Part shown: one piece after another, positions 28,619 to 41,520 of the stretch | How positions within the stretch are numbered: position 1 is the first letter of the stretch | Layout: each line of letters begins with the position of its first letter | Assembly: GCA_951406725.2 (NCBI GenBank) | Contig: OX597830.1 | Coordinates: 48,856,001-48,920,000, forward strand | DNA: 64,000 bases | Direction of reading: 5' to 3' | From: Octopus vulgaris | Taxonomy: Eukaryota | Made by a program: the position numbers and the translations under genes | The notes under the pieces: model-generated | What the model saw: only the letters and a program-made list of their open reading frames with translations | Databases searched by the model: none | What the model was told of the DNA's origin: nothing

Positions 28619-28653
<35 letters not shown>

Positions 28654-28944
28654 CATGTATGTACACGCACACACGTTCGCGCTCACACAAACATACTTAA
28701 TGAGCTTTTAGTTTCTGCCTATAAAATCCACTCATAAGGCTTTGGTTAACCCGGGACTATAGTAGAAGACACTTGCCCGCCAAAATAACACACAGTGAGA
28801 CTGAACCTGCAACCATGTGGTTAGGAAGTAAACTTTTTACCACACAGCCATGCCTGCGCCTATATATGTCTGTATATGAATAAATGTGACAACATGTAAT
28901 TCATTCTTGAAAATCGGAAACAGAATATAAAAGAGATTCTCTCT

Positions 28945-29357
28945 CTTTTACTCTTTTACTTGTTTCAGTCACTTGTCCGTGGCCATGCTGGAGCACCACC
29001 TTTAGTCGAGCAAATCGACCCCAGGACTTATTCTTTGTAAGCCTAGTACTTATTCTATCGGTCACTTTTGCCGAACCTCTAGTTTAGGGGACGTAAACAC
29101 ACCAGCATCGGTTGTCAAGCGATGTTGTGGGGACAAACACAGACACAAACACACCCACAGACACACACATATATATATATATATACATATATGCTACGGG
29201 CTTCTTTCAGTTTCCGCCTACCAAATCCACTCACAAGGCTTTGGTCGACCCGAGGCTATTGTAGAAGACAGTTGCCCAAGGTGCCACGCAGTGGAACTGA
29301 ACCTGGAACCATGTGCCTGGTGAGCATGCTACTTAGCACACAGCCACTCCTGCGCCT
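28945..29357 (-). mobile_element. Family-B SINE, full length (a further partial copy at 28700-28862)
   Basis: Homologous to 54541-54985. Confidence 0.9.
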
Positions 29358-30788
29358 AGTATCTTCTACATTAGTCCCGGGTCAACCAAAGCCTTATGAG
29401 TAGATTTTATAGACATACTCCCATTAACACCACTAAAAAATAATCTCCGGACAAAGAATCATAATAGAAAAGCAAAAATGTATTCATGAACAGGATTAAT
29501 GTTACTGTTCCAATATAATGAATTCCAACTATAGTGGAAGCACTGTAGAAGTACTATACCCCGTACAATATTTACCTCACTGTAGCTAAGGATCTAACTT
29601 TACCTTGTCTACTAGAGTATACCATAATAACCACTAGAGCAGTATCTCTACAGTAGCTGCCACATCATCTCTAATTCCAACTTAACATCAAGAAACCGAG
29701 TAAATCCCTACTCGATCATTCGACCTGCACGAAATAACTGCCAAGCATCCCTGAAGTTGCACTTTACCGGATATTTTCGATAATATGTAACCTTAGGTAA
29801 CACTAGAAAATACGGAATGGTCAGAGTTGGGTTACCTTTGGTTGTAGATCTGTTCCATCAAGTCGAAAGTGAGTTAAACCACAATAATAAAGTAAAATTA
29901 CAAGGTCGAAGACAATAGCAGCAGCTACCATTTCAGCTTTCTTTAATCAGTCACAACGTCAATCACAGCGCCACCAACACTATAACTACAACAGATATTG
30001 AAGCAAGACTGTGTCAGACTAATCATCTTTGTAGACTTTGTAGATAGTTTATCAATAACTCAAATACATCGATTAAATCTTCGATAGTTTTTACATCTTC
30101 GATAGTTTTTACAACGAGAAGCTACGTGACAGGAAATAATAAGAATATTTTAAAAATTCCAATAAGGAGGAATACTTTTAGCTAGTGAATATAAATATAG
30201 TTTAAATTGTTGTCAAGGTTTGTACAGGTATCATGTTTAATGGTGTTTGATGGGGATGTTAGGAGCGGAAGTAACCAAGCATTGAAGTTTTGCTGAGAGT
30301 TTTGCTACACAATCTTCGATATCATTGAAAAACCCATATTAAATTCTAATGAAAACTAATATTGATCTCGAAGCAATATATTGGCAAAAAATAGCAACTG
30401 TAAGAACAAACATTTCAACAGGGACAAATACAACAGCTACAAGTGTGATTATAACATCATCAACCATAATACCAATATCAACGGAAAAATATGACAAAAC
30501 CCTATCTGTAATGTCAGTTACATCAACAAGAACAAGAACAAGAATTACAATATCAACATGAACAAACAAGAGCAACATCGTCATTAACAACAACAGCATG
30601 AAAAACAACAATTGTAAAACCATCAACAGTAATAACAATTTCGACAAAAGACTAAACAGCCGCCATAACTAAAACAGCAACAACAAGAAGACTGCAGACA
30701 ATTATAAAACATCTCAAGAAAGAACAAATTTCGTGTGGCTTTTCCTCTACCATTCTCTTCTGTGTTTGGAACAGTTAGTTTATCTAAT

Positions 30789-30950
30789 AGGCGTGGCCGT
30801 GTGGTAAGAAGCTTGCTTCCCAACCTCATGGGTCTGGATTCAGTGCCACTGTGTGGTACTTTCGGCTTGTGTTTTCTAATCATATAGCCACGTGCCAACC
30901 AAAACCTTGTGGGTGGATTTCGTAGACGGAAACTGAAAGAACCCCGTCGT
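30789..30950 (+). mobile_element. Family-B SINE 5' half
   Basis: tggccgtgtggtaagaagcttgc...agacggaaactgaaaga followed by (TA)n. Confidence 0.8.
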
Positions 30951-30953
30951 GTA

Positions 30954-31058
<105 letters not shown>

Positions 31059-31429
31059 TATTAGGCGCAGGAGTGGCTGTGTGGAAAGTAGCTAGCTTAC
31101 CTACTTCCCAAGAGTCTTTGTTGTCAGTGTGCGCATGTGTCATTGTGTTGTGCACTGAAGAAGATAGCCGACAGTGTTTAGCCTGCCAAAAGAAGGTGCT
31201 GCAAGGTAAGGCTTTTGTCTCTCGGGTCCAGTGAGGGTTGTTGTCTGTGGTTATATTATGTATACAAAAACAAGGACGGAAAAAACGGACAAGGTTACAC
31301 AAATACAAATACAATAAAAATAATAACATGACATCAGGTGTCTTTCGACTAAGGACAAATTGAATTAAGCTGGCGTGTGTGGAAATGAAGCCTTAAGGCA
31401 GAGGTACAAATTTTGACAAACACAGGAAA

Positions 31430-31506
<77 letters not shown>

Positions 31507-32512
31507 GTTTCTCCACCGGTTCTAGTCACATAGAATATATTGGAGTTATTAAAAAAAACAACAACAGGTAATAATAACTATTTCCCACCTTCGGAATCAA
31601 ACAGATTATTTCTGTAGTATTGAGATCCCCCTAAACAATGGAGCGACGCGAACTGTTTGACTGTAAACTGAGAAACTATTTAAAACTTTGGAGTCGCCCC
31701 ATAAATCATTTGACAGACGGCATTGTGAGATCGAGACTAAACGAAGTTGATTTTAGAGGATGTAAATCTAACTTTATGTCTGATTGCATTACGATGATAA
31801 CGTGATGGGCAAACAGTGGAATAGACAACGAAGATAAGCGTATAATCACACACATGTACACACTCATTAATACAGACATATATATTTATGTACACACATG
31901 TACGCAAATGTACACACTCATTAACACAGACACACATATATGTGTAGATCGGTATGCACAGACACGCACACACACATATGCATACACACACGCATATATA
32001 TTTGTGTATGTGTGTACCTGTATAGTTAATAGTTAAGGCATGTAGATGCTTAGACACGTGCGTTTGATTGTACAATTTAGCTTTTATACACTACATATAC
32101 TCACACAGACACAGACACATAGACACAGACACAGACATAGATACACACACACACACACACAAACGCGCACACACAGACACATACACGCGCGCACTCACGC
32201 ACTCACATATATGTATATGTAAGTATCCTCGTGTACTTCATTACATATTCAAAACACATAAGTACATATATTTCTGCGTCTATATATAACGCGGTGTACG
32301 ATATGTATTTAGTTAAATTAGAGTCATTTAACTTCACCAAACCAAGATAGAAAGATGTGCACAGAACCGGCTTTAGTGATATGATAATAGCTGCTAAAAA
32401 TATACCAAATACATTCACCCCCCCCCAACACACACGCACAAGTGGGAAAGTACGAAGATGAGAACTGATCATTGGACATTGATGCAGACTGTTGACATTC
32501 TATAGAAACTCA

Positions 32513-32549
<37 letters not shown>

Positions 32550-32569
32550 TATTTTACTTTTTTTAAAAT

Positions 32570-32826
32570 TTTATCTAGTTTCAGCTCACGAGCTGTGGCC
32601 ATGCTGGGGCACCTCCATTTGGTGTTGCTACATAATTTTACTTCACGAATGCTTTTTAGGAATTGACATTTGGTGCATGAGAGAGTTTGATGCAGCTGCC
32701 CTCATCTGCACTTCCTGCCGCGAAGTTGGTTCATCTGGGACACCTGACAGGAAGAGGTCCAGCTTTATTTTGAAGACACCTATATCCACCACATGCAGGT
32801 CTCTCAGATCCTTCGGGAAGATATTG
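32570..32826 (-). mobile_element. CR1/L2-like LINE 3' end (ORF2 C-terminus plus 3' stem-loop tail)
   Basis: Minus strand NILPKDLRDLHVVDIGVFKIKLDLFLSGVPDEPTSRQEVQMRAAASNSL, then the tail ggaggtgccccagcatggccacagctcgtgagctgaaactaga. Confidence 0.8.
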
Positions 32827-32965
32827 GTTGTAGAATTTTTTCCATGTCGAAGTTCGATAGCTGAAAAAAGTTATTCTATAGTTTATGGTTAACAACTAGA
32901 GTTGCTATGTATGCAAATAAAAATCCAAATTAAGGGGCTCCATTCCCTATATATATATATATATA

Positions 32966-33517
32966 TTGGGTTGTCCGGAAAGCTCATGTCGATTTATAGT
33001 AGCTTATCTTTCGACTTTTTTTAGAACATGGTTAAGTCCGTAAAATAGGATTTGACTACACCTCCATTTAGAGCAAAGTTTAAGCTATCTTTTCGTGGAA
33101 GAAGGGTTATGTTCCCATAATCTGTGTTCATTCTGTAACCCTTTAAAATGGAAGATAAGAAAGTTCATTTTCGGCACTTGATGCTTTGGGAACCAGACAT
33201 AAATTGCTGCAGCTCGGCTGAGATGTATTACATCACCATCCATATTCACCAGATATTGCTCCTTCAGATTTCCACTTATTCAGGTCTCTGCAGAATAATC
33301 TTAATGGTAAAAATTTCAATTCCTTGGACGACTTAAAAAGATACCATGATGAATTCTTTGCCATGAAACCACCTCAGTTCTGGGAAGAGGGTATTTTCAA
33401 GTTAAAGAAAAGATGGAGACGCTTTGTGCAACAAAATGGTTCATAAACGTGATGGCCAGTATTTATTGACCTTTTTCTTTCCTTTAAAAATCGGCACGAA
33501 CTTTCCGGACAACCTAA
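32966..33517 (+). mobile_element. Internally deleted mariner (about 552 bp) with both TIRs
   Basis: TA|TTGGGTTGTCCGGAAAGCTCATGTCGATTT ... AAATCGGCACGAACTTTCCGGACAACCTAA|TA. Retains the N-terminal MEDKKVHFRHLMLWE and C-terminal PSYSPDIAPSDFHLFRSLQNNL pieces. Confidence 0.92.
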
Positions 33518-34683
33518 TATATATGAGTTTGGAAGGATATATTATCCGGGCGCATACCGTATTAGCTCTCAATTAAGTCCCAGTTAATGGCTAACCACAA
33601 CAATCAGCATCTAACGTCTGTGACTACAATTAATTATCAGTCGCTCCGTGAATTCTTCTGATGAGTAATTACGTTCGCTCTTCGCTGGTCGGTAAAAACT
33701 GCCTGGAGTATATATTACTATTGATAATAGTGCCCATACTTATTATTGTTATTAATATCAATATCAATATATATATATATCGCATGTATAAATATGCGGA
33801 TGTGGTGGCAGTCAACTCGTGACCGAATAAGACAACTTTCTAAACACAGTAAGTCCGTACAAAACTCTCCAGAGCATGAATTTGTTTTCAGTGCGATCAG
33901 CCAGTGGATCAAGAGATTGTCAAACGACCAGAAACCATCTGCATTCGAGTTTATTTAATTATTTTTTTATTTTATACAAGTTTACTTTCTCCTGGGAGGA
34001 AGTTCTAGCGAGAACTAGAGGTCCTTCGCTGCCAGTGGTTCTTATGCTAATTAACCCATAGAAGGGGATATTACAGGTGCTACTACTCCGGGTTAGACTG
34101 GAACTGGGAATAATAGTGGCTATGAGATGGTTCCACACTCCTCAAAAGACTGGAATTCCCATACCAAGTCCGTTTAAAGTCATACCCATGACATATATAC
34201 ACACATGTGCGTGCGCACGCGCACACACACACACACACACACAATATTTGCAAGTATGTATATGCAAAATAATGTTTTATTCACCATGAACAATACCATT
34301 TATTACTTTATCTAACTCAATAATTTATACGTAAATCTTTTAACCCGTTTTCTACAAAATTTTTGACAGTCTAAAGTTATATTTAAGAGATTATACATTT
34401 AAAAGAGCTTATAAAGTACTTACCAAAGATTATGAATGTCAACTTATATAAGTTTATACGACTGAACCTAATTTACAGATGGTATAAATACATTGTAGTG
34501 TTGTGTCTATGGTTACGGTTTAGAGCACGTGACTACGTAACAGTTGACAAAGCAACACATGATTACTCACGTCATAAAAATCTGATTTATCTGATTAAAA
34601 CCTGGCTTATATTTAAATAGTCGTAGGGATTGTTTTGAATCATTGTCATTGCAGTTTAGCTTTAATATTATAAGAGAATGTAA

Positions 34684-35070
34684 GGCGGCGGGCTGGCAGT
34701 ATCGTTAGCACGCCGGTCAAAATGCTTAGCGGCATTTAATCCATCTTCACGTTCTGAGTTCAAATTCCACCGAGGTCGACTTCGCCTTTCATCTTATTAT
34801 TTCACATTAGTAATACACAGATTAATATTAATTAATATCTATGTGAGATCCATTTCCCAGTGGATGCAGTGGGACCAATGTGGAATTGAGTGATATTTTG
34901 TTAGACTGCTATACATTTTAGATTTCAATTCTTGTGGATCTAGCACAGGCGGTAACAAACTTCAAAAGAAGTTAATAAAATAAGAACCAGTTGAGCACTG
35001 GGGTCGATGAAATCGACTTACCCCATCCCCCAAAATTGCTGGACTTGTACCAAAATTTGAAAATAATATT
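34684..35070 (+). mobile_element. Family-A SINE interrupted by an inverted copy of the downstream flank
   Basis: Head and core run to 34793, foreign sequence occupies 34793-34958, and the SINE resumes near 34975 (aataaaataagaaccagttgagcactggggtcg). Confidence 0.85.
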
Positions 35071-36410
35071 GTAAGAGAATGTATATAATAAGAACACGAC
35101 ATGTTTGTTTGCTGGAACCTGTTACCGCCTGTTGTAGATCCACAACAATTGAAATCTAATCTGTAAAGCAGTCTAACAAAATATCTCTCAATTCCACATT
35201 GGTCCCACTGCATCCACTGGGAAATGGATCTCACCTGGATATTAATTAATATTAATCTGTGTATTATTAACGTGAAATAATAAGATAAAAGGATATATTG
35301 TATGGATTTGAAGACAGTTATTTGTAAAAAAAAAAAAAGTATAAACAGCTTCCCACAATGCACTTTATTTCCGAATGGAAATCATTGCATGGATTCTTTG
35401 TTCCTAGTCATGTACTGGATATAATTGTGAAGCAGCACAAGACAAACGACTATTGAAGGTGTTTAAAAGTGAAAGAAAAATGCTAACAAATCAAAATAAC
35501 AACAACGACAAAATCAATAAACGGTCGAAGTGCAATTATTTAAGCGGCCTATCTAAACAACTATTTCCTATAAACATGGCGATGAGAATTTTACGATCAG
35601 TGTTCAGCGAAATCATTGGTATTGATGAATCGTTGCTAATTCTAATTTCGATGAAGTTCCGTTTTAAAGCGCTCTGCAAGCTGTAAAGTTGAATGATGTG
35701 CTGCCAAAACCTCAACCAGACAAAGGCTCGTGCTGTGTAGAGGAATCGCTTCCATTTAAACACACGTTTCCTCAATCCATTGAACGCATTGATCGCACGA
35801 GAACTAATTACTGCAATTGTAGAATGAGAAAAAGGAAAAAAAAAAGAAAGGAATCTTGTCGTATCCAGAGAAAGGATCACATTCTTTAAAAATCAACATT
35901 TTATAGCATCGTTTGTGTAATTTTAGAGATGTTTCCCCTCCTTCGTGTCATTTGTGTCAATACTGTGTTCAGTTTTAATAACTACGTTTACAAAACGAAT
36001 CAAAACACAGAATTGTACAAACGTACATGTAAAGAAGTCGTGGTTATCTACACGCACACAATGAAAGACATGAACGTACGTCAATATGCTTACGCACGGT
36101 TATTCAAGTAAATATATATATGTGAGTAGATATTGACAAATGTAATAATTAGAAAATAAACACACGAATCCACACACACACAAGCTCACACAAGCACACA
36201 CACATAAACATTTAATTGTGGTTTATAATTTTCAAGGAAGTTGCAGAATAACGGCCGTACATTTGCTGATGAGAGGACTCAATAGAAACAGTAACGTCAA
36301 ATTTATTGTAAAGTTCGTGTTAGCTTTACATAAATACGTACATACATAGATTCATATATACATACATATATATACTGTTGGGCTATATATATATATATAT
36401 ATGTGTGTGT

Positions 36411-36697
36411 GTGGAGGCGCAATGGACCAGTGGTAAGGGCGCGGACTCGCGGTTGTAGGATCGCGGTTTCGATTCCCAGACCGGGCGTTGTGAATGTTTA
36501 TTGAGCGAAAAACACCTAAAGCTCCACGATGCTCCGGCAGGGGGTGGTGGTGATCCCTGCTGTATGTAATCTTTCGCCACAGCTTTCTATCACTCTTTCT
36601 TCTGTTGGCCTGTTCGCTTAGCGAGCGGGGTGGCGTCACTTGGAGGCTAAAACAATGCAAAGCGCATTGTGACCAGCGATGTGTAGCAACATCTGAT
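36411..36697 (+). mobile_element. Family-C SINE (head A plus tail 1)
   Basis: tRNA-like head ggcgcaatggaccagtggtaagg...ggtttcgattccca; matches 17509-17796. Confidence 0.88.
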
Positions 36698-37007
36698 ATT
36701 TCCCTTTATTCTTCCTATCTCTCTTTCTTTCCAAAATAACTTCTTATATTGAACTCTACTATTTCCTTCTATTTAACTCTCTTGTGTCGTCTCTGATGAT
36801 CGGATATCTTTTATATTCCTTTATAAATGTTCTAGAAATTTCACTCTACGTTGGCTTTGTTTCATTTTATTTAACATATGCACGCTCACAGACGACCCGT
36901 GTTAGATTCCTCACTCATGTTATTATCGAACCGGGAGTCTAACAGCGGTTCTTCCGTAGCACTTACATAGCCTCACCTGCCTTTCCAGACTTTTGTATTT
37001 AAAAAAA

Positions 37008-37066
<59 letters not shown>

Positions 37067-37165
37067 TGTTCCGTGATGGTAAGATCAACAAAAAAGTCTG
37101 TATGTTTATTTCCTGTGTGTTTACATAGGTATGCTTATATGTATATATATATGTTTGCATATGAC

Positions 37166-37258
<93 letters not shown>

Positions 37259-37749
37259 GTAATCAAGATTAGAAGACCAGGAATGCACACATTATTCAAT
37301 GGAAAGCAGTGATACAATTACGTATCTCTTTTAACAGAGATTCACATATAAGTTGCACTCAAACATACACTCAAGCTTGCATCCAAGAACTCTCACACAT
37401 ATACAGTCACACACACACACACACACACATACACACATACACACACACACACACACACGTACATATTGGAGTGTGGTCAAGTTGCTATGATACCGATCCT
37501 ACCCAAGAAAAACGTTTCTGAGTTCTGTGATCTTTGCTGCTTGTCTGTGACTAACGTACTGAACAATTGTGATTTCGCTATAAATATCTAACAAACAGGG
37601 TGTAGCGAGTGTAATTGAAATTTACGACTGTTTCTTGTTCAGTAATAAATATTGGTTATGAATATATATGAAGATGAAATCTTTAGCGGCAGTCACAGTA
37701 AAGATCGAAATAATACCATAGTAAACTCCAGATAGACACGATACTAAAC

Positions 37750-37967
37750 AGAAACGTTAGCACGCCGGGCGGAATGCGTCACCGTATTTCGTCTGCCGTT
37801 ACGTTCTGAGTTCAGATTCCGCCGAGGTCGACTTTGCCTTTCATCCTTTCGGAGTCGATAAATTAAGTACCAGTTACGCACTGGGGTCGATGTAATCGAC
37901 TTAATCCGTTTGTCTGTCCTTGTTTGTTCCCTCTGTGTTTATCCCCTTGTGGGTAGTAAAGAAATAG
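37750..37967 (+). mobile_element. Family-A SINE
   Basis: Near-consensus head, core and tail 1. Confidence 0.88.
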
Positions 37968-38470
37968 ATACTAAACTCAAATCAAATGCCATTCTAAACA
38001 CCATACTAAATACCAACTAAACACCATACTAAACGTCGACTAAACGCCAACCAAGCACCATTCAAAACAACACTAACAGAGGGCCATACTAAACACAGAT
38101 GAAACCACCAACAACCACACGCCAGACTGAACCTAAACTTAACGCCGTAGTAAATGTTAGCCAGATACCTTACTAAACATCGACCTAACAACATCCTGAA
38201 CACCAACCAAACTGCAGTAAACATTACACAAACAGCATACTAAACCAACGAAATTTCATGCTAAACACCAACCAAAACACCATACTAAACACCAACCAAA
38301 TATCATACTAAACATCAACCAAACACGATAATAAACACCAAACAAACTGCCTAGTAAACAGCAAGCAAACAACATGGTAAACGCGAAACGAACATAGTAC
38401 TAGACATCCAACAAACAGCATACAAAACAGCCACCTATCACTATACTAAGTACCAACCAAACACCAAAGC
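37968..38470. repeat. Degenerate minisatellite, unit about 22-24 bp (CATACTAAACACCAACCAAAACAC-like)
   Basis: Repeated catactaaacaccaaccaaa motifs with no unique spacers. Confidence 0.75.
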
Positions 38471-38699
38471 ATGCCGTATGCTGATTATGGTTGAACGTTG
38501 TTTTAAAAAATCTAAGACTTAAGTTTAGATGTTTGGAATCTTCAAGGATTGGTTCCTTATTTTTGATCATACAACTACACTCCCAGTATATCATATCGTA
38601 GTATATCGATGCATAGTACGATAGTCTATCTGTGTGTCTGTTTAACCATGTGTGGTTGTATGTGTGTGTGTGTGTATGTGTATGTGTGTATGTGTGTGT

Positions 38700-38730
<31 letters not shown>

Positions 38731-38926
38731 AGTGTGCGAAAATATAAGTGGTTGTTTTTATATCGATTTATAATAAAAACAATTTTACATTAAATTAAAG
38801 GGTTGTTCAATACATTTGTAGAGTACATATTTACTTTACTTTCACAAGGAGAGTGTTGATAGAGACTTTGAAGTTTCGGTCTCCTAGTCTTTAATCAGTT
38901 TCTTTCTCTTTCTTTCTCTCTTTCTC

Positions 38927-39150
38927 TACCTACCTACCTACCTACCTACCTACCTACCTACCTACCTACCTACCTACCTACCTACCTACCTACCTACCTA
39001 CCTACCTACCTACCTACCTACCTACCTACCTACCAACCTACCAACCTACCTGCCTACCTACCAACCTACCTACCTACCTACCCACCTACCTACCAACCTA
39101 CCAACCTACCAACCTACCTACCTACCTACCTACCTACCTACCTACCTACT
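38927..39150. repeat. (CCTA)n microsatellite
   Basis: Directly visible. Confidence 0.95.
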
Positions 39151-39672
39151 TATCCATCCATCCATCCATCCATCCATCCACCCATCCATCCAGCCCATAG
39201 AGGGTATGTTTTACCGCCATGTTGTAAAATAACGGAAGTTTATATATCACGTATGTTGGTCGTAATATGGAGTGACATAATTTCAGAAGTTACGAAAGTA
39301 TAAAAATCTTCGCTGCTTTAACTTAATCATCATCATCATCATCATCTGAATCATTCTGTGAGGGGGAAGAATCAAGAACACAAACGAAAATAATCCGTCG
39401 AGGCTTATAAAATCCTGCCAGTACCTGATCTGCAGCAGGTATGGTGAAATTACGATCTTGCCCAGGCTCCAGAAGTGCGACGAAACGCGTCGTCAACATT
39501 TCATGTGAGACCGCATTATTCGGAAAAAACAACAACAAAAAAAAAAAACCGAACCCAACAGTTGTTGAGTGTTTTTCAAATGACAAAAGGGTCTCTTACA
39601 CAATTTAATTGTTTCAACGTCGACATGCTATCGTTTCCGAGTCAATTCATATGAGTGTCCTTATCTATTCTT

Positions 39673-39707
<35 letters not shown>

Positions 39708-39922
39708 AAGATAATGACTACAGTAACAAGAACAATAACAACATCAGCAACAATATAACAACAATAATAAAATTAATAACAACAACAACAATAATAATAT
39801 TATTATTATCTGTATTATTATCAATAATAATAATAGAAATAATTAACAATAAAGATATTACCAATAACAAGAACAATAGCAACAGCAATAACGTAATAAT
39901 AAAATTATCATTATTATTATTA

Positions 39923-39992
<70 letters not shown>

Positions 39993-39995
39993 TAC

Positions 39996-40053
<58 letters not shown>

Positions 40054-40066
40054 AATAATAATAATA

Positions 40067-40130
<64 letters not shown>

Positions 40131-40627
40131 TCTTACAATACAAATTATTAAAATTGTGAATCATTATTTGATTCAAGTGAGCCCCAATAATAAAACAACA
40201 ACAACAAAAACAACAAAATAATACAACAAAAATTTCCAAAGAAAAATAGTACAAATAAGAAATAAGTAAAAAATAATTTTACTCATTTTAAACTTTTAAA
40301 ATATTACTTTTAATGACAATTCCGCTGTAAAGTATCTTTTTAAAAAGATACACCTTTTGTCTGTGTCTGACACCTTGTCAGCAGTAACATATACCTTCGT
40401 TATTTCTCCTTTATCTGAAAGTTTTCTAAATCCACTTCTGTTATATCAATAACGAAATGTTAATCAGAACAGAAGAGCTTCTAACTTCTTTACCGACATC
40501 TATTCAGAAATATTTTAGTCTTTCCTGATTTCTTTATCATTAGAACGGCATTTATGGAGCGGCTGACAGCATTCATGATGTCAATGCTTCATCACAATAA
40601 GAATATTTCTGTGCATGGAAGTCATTG

Positions 40628-40818
<191 letters not shown>

Positions 40819-41183
40819 CAGTATGAATACGTCTCCGATTCAAGACAATCTTCTACATACATACATACATACATACATACATACATACATACATACATAC
40901 ATAAATACATGCATAAATACATACATAAATACATACATGCATACATACATGCATACATACATACATACATACATACATAAATACATACATAAATACATAC
41001 ATATATACATAAATACATACATACATGCATACATACATACCTACATAAATATATACATACATACATACATACATACATACATACATACATACATACATAC
41101 ATACATGCATAAATGTGACCGCGTGTTTACCGTTGCGATTTTTTTCCTCCGTCTTCCCTTCCTCGGATCTTTCCTTTTCCTAT

Positions 41184-41218
41184 GTTTCTGATGAAGAGCT
41201 CCACTCGAAACGTTAAAC
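41184..41218 (+). ncRNA. Minimal type I hammerhead ribozyme inside a ~210 bp repeat (41112-41320)
   Basis: gttt-CTGATGA-a-gag ctcca ctc-GAAA-cg-TT-aaac. Stem I gttt/aaac, stem II gag/ctc, palindromic ACGU stem III, GUU triplet. Confidence 0.75.
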
Positions 41219-41460
41219 CCTTCTTCTTCCCTTCTTTCCTGAGCGTCCAATAACACTATACTTGTTCCACGTCATCGCGTTGTTGTGTTTTCTCTTTGTG
41301 TCTTCATGCTTGGATTAACTTTACATAAATACATAAATACATACATACTTACATACATACTCGTTTTTCTATGCATATGTATTTCTATGTATGTATATGT
41401 GTGTGTGTGTAAATACACACACATAGACGTCTCTATATAGATATGGATGCATCTTTATAT

Positions 41461-41501
<41 letters not shown>

Positions 41502-41520
41502 TTTACATAAATATATATTT

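Noticed and set aside
33659-33710. CTGATGAG core (also CTGATGA at about 36793)
   Set aside because: No properly placed stem II, GAAA and NUH.
36261-36304. atttg-CTGATGA...GAAAC...GTC-aaat hammerhead-like string
   Set aside because: Stem II does not close next to GAAA and stem I is out of register by one base.
36411-36485. tRNA-like sequences at SINE heads (also 41820-41891 and 55950-56025)
   Set aside because: They continue into SINE bodies and lack a clean acceptor stem; not tRNA genes.
37968-38470. Regularly spaced repeats resembling a CRISPR array (also 46605-46728)
   Set aside because: Tandem degenerate units without unique spacers, no cas genes, and a eukaryotic context.
38927-39150. 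(CCTA)n as an interstitial telomere
   Set aside because: The unit is TAGG, not TTAGGG; an ordinary tetranucleotide microsatellite.
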